This document shows positions 62,194 through 64,000 of a stretch of 64,000 nucleotides of DNA, piece by piece (the stretch's first letter is position 1; every line of letters starts with the position of its first letter). The position numbers and the translations under genes were made by a program. The notes beneath the pieces were generated by a model. It did not search any database. It was not told the origin of the DNA and saw only the letters and a program-made list of their open reading frames with translations. The stretch spans positions 300,765-364,764 of the forward strand of contig CAWJBG010000001.1 of assembly GCA_963841025.1 (NCBI GenBank), read 5' to 3'. The stretch comes from an uncultured Alphaproteobacteria bacterium (lineage in GTDB: Bacteria > Pseudomonadota > Alphaproteobacteria > Rhizobiales > Xanthobacteraceae).

Positions 62194-62251
62194 ACGGGAC
62201 GGCGAAGTTCTGCCCGGGCGGACGACGCTGCGCTTCCGACCTGGTGACGGT

Positions 62252-63409
62252 TCAGTTCCAGATACGCCGGCTGGCGATCCGCGCGCCTTCAACCATTGCG
62301 GCCAGCTTCGCCCAGACGATTGACGGATGCATCTCGTGCGATGCGGCGAAAGATGCAAAGCCGCAGTCGGCGCCAGCGATCACGTTTTCGGCGCCGACGA
62401 CGTTGGCGAAACGGACTAGCCGCTCGGCGACCAATTCGGGATGCTCGACAAGAACGGTGGTGTGGGAAATCACGCCGGGAATCAGGATCTTGCCGGGCGG
62501 CAACTTGGCATGTTCCCAGATCGCCCATTCGTGTTCGTGGCGGGGATTGGCGAATTCAAACGAGTAGGCGCCGGCGCGGACGCGCAGCATGATGTCGACA
62601 AAATCCTTCAGCTCCATGTCGGTCGCGCGCGGCCCCATGTTGATGCTGTAACAGGTGTGAAACCGCACTTTCTCCTCGGGAATATTACGCAGCGCGTGGT
62701 TCAGCACGTCGACCCTGACATGCGCCCAGTTGCGGGTCTGCTCGATGCTGTCGGTGGTCATGGTGTAGCGCGTTGCCAGCGCCGGATCGTCGATCTGGAG
62801 CAAAAATCCGGCTGCCACAATCACTTCATATTCTTCGCGCATCGCTTCTGCGATCGCCTCGAGATAATCCTCCTCGGTCTTGTAGTATTCGTTGCGCTGC
62901 CAGCGTTCGACGTTGGCAGGTGAAATCGACGGCACGAACGCCTCGACTGCACCGGCACGATCGGCCGCGGCTTTGAACACTTTCAGTTGCTGTTCCAGCA
63001 GCGCGCGGCCCGAATAGCGCAGGCGATCGACGCAGATCATCTGTCGCGCCCGGCCCGGAGCGCCGCTCGCGTGCGCCTCGACCTCGGCATAGAATTCCGG
63101 AAAGGCTTGGCCCTCGCGGGTGTTTTTCCAGAGATTGCCACGCTGCTCGCCGGCGATAATGCCGCTCAAGCGGTCGTGCACATAGGTGACAAAACTGACC
63201 TTGCCCTGCTCGCCGTCGTTGATCACGTCGATGCCGAGGCTCGCTTGCTTGGCTACGACCTCATCGACAGCACGCGCGACGCGCGCGGCAAATGCGGCGG
63301 CGTCAATCTCGCGGCCTTCTTCCCGATCGATCATCATTGCCAACAGATCGTCGGGCCGCGGCAGGCTGCCGACATGGGTGGTCAGAAATCTATTGGTACT
63401 GCGCTGCAC
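62252..63409 (-). CDS. cobalamin-independent methionine synthase (MetE C-terminal domain)-like family protein
   Basis: LTTHVGSLPRP, FLLQIDDPAL and CGF. GTG start at 63409 or 63418 after AGGGAG. The longer tracked ORF overlaps hisG. Confidence 0.75.
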   Translation of the reverse strand: MQRSTNRFLTTHVGSLPRPDDLLAMMIDREEGREIDAAAFAARVARAVDEVVAKQASLGIDVINDGEQGKVSFVTYVHDRLSGIIAGEQRGNLWKNTREGQAFPEFYAEVEAHASGAPGRARQMICVDRLRYSGRALLEQQLKVFKAAADRAGAVEAFVPSISPANVERWQRNEYYKTEEDYLEAIAEAMREEYEVIVAAGFLLQIDDPALATRYTMTTDSIEQTRNWAHVRVDVLNHALRNIPEEKVRFHTCYSINMGPRATDMELKDFVDIMLRVRAGAYSFEFANPRHEHEWAIWEHAKLPPGKILIPGVISHTTVLVEHPELVAERLVRFANVVGAENVIAGADCGFASFAASHEMHPSIVWAKLAAMVEGARIASRRIWN

Positions 63410-63521
63410 TCTTTGCACTCCCTGACAATTGCGATGGGCCGCCCAAAGCGTCGACGACGGGATGCACCGCGTCGCGCGGGCTCGACATTTTAGCAACCGA
63501 TGATGACTTCGCGAGCTTAGT

Positions 63522-64000
63522 CTAGTTGGCGGCCGCAGGGCTGTCGCGGTCAAGCTCCGCGGTTAGGCGGGCGTAGAGCGGATTGTCGCGCGAATAAACG
63601 TATTCGAGCGCGGCAACGGAGACCGCCTCGGCGCCACGCTCGCGCAAGAAGCTCGCCAGCGCATGCACGTTCCGGGGCGGGCAGTGCAACGTCATCATGC
63701 CGGAAGAGGTTGGGCCGCCGAACGGCGCGGCGACGCCGAATTTTTCGCCCGCGGTTTTAAGCAGCGCCTCGTTCAGACCGGCAAAACGGGTGCGCACTTC
63801 GCGATAAGCGTGCGCGCGCTTTTGCGCAGCGATCCGGTCGAGCAGAAGGCGTGCGGTTTCGCGATGCGCGGTCTCCCATTGCGCCGACCGCGCCGCGACC
63901 AGGTTTGCCTGCGAGCGCAGAATGATGCCGTCGTCGATCACCTTGAGGCCGTTGGCGGCAAGCGTCGAGCCGGTGGTGGTGATGTCGACGATCAGTTCGG
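63522..64000 (-). CDS. hisG: ATP phosphoribosyltransferase, C-terminal part (gene runs off window end)
   Basis: The open frame continues to position 64000 (..[30 protein letters not shown]..), followed by the regulatory C-terminal domain. Confidence 0.75.
   Translation of the reverse strand, partial: ELIVDITTTGSTLAANGLKVIDDGIILRSQANLVAARSAQWETAHRETARLLLDRIAAQKRAHAYREVRTRFAGLNEALLKTAGEKFGVAAPFGGPTSSGMMTLHCPPRNVHALASFLRERGAEAVSVAALEYVYSRDNPLYARLTAELDRDSPAAAN

Overview
High-GC chromosomal segment that looks alphaproteobacterial, probably Bradyrhizobium/Rhodopseudomonas-like. That assignment is inferred from gene content and recalled homologues, not from a search. About 60 genes are present, mostly housekeeping and catabolic: pdxH, fabI, aroC, ribB, dxs, tlyA, xseB, a partial hisG, a LemA-TPM cluster, a BMP-type ABC transporter, acyl-CoA dehydrogenases, amiF and an aromatic-acyl-CoA hydroxylase/ligase cluster.

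Four things stand out.
1. One reading frame (24376..26013) is interrupted only by a TGA. The TGA sits in a U-x-x-C motif and is followed by a SECIS-like hairpin, so this is a candidate GrdB/UGSC-like selenoprotein fused to an uncharacterised domain. A thioredoxin-reductase-like gene lies directly upstream.
2. An AT-richer insertion of about 4.9 kb lies at the 3' end of tRNA-Gln(UUG), bounded by a perfect 49-bp direct repeat. It has no integrase. It carries a HEPN protein, a roughly 830-aa uncharacterised protein with an IDPF...HDRY (PLD/MIT_C-like) module, and an AbiEi/AbiEii pair. This is the best candidate for an undescribed defence-type system.
3. Ten otherwise intact genes (eleven breaks, LigD twice) carry single-nucleotide frame breaks, almost all +1 insertions. 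That pattern suggests consensus error rather than natural gene decay.
4. A GC-rich stretch of about 560 bp (51337..51903) appears noncoding and is unexplained.

No rRNA, CRISPR array or transposase was seen.
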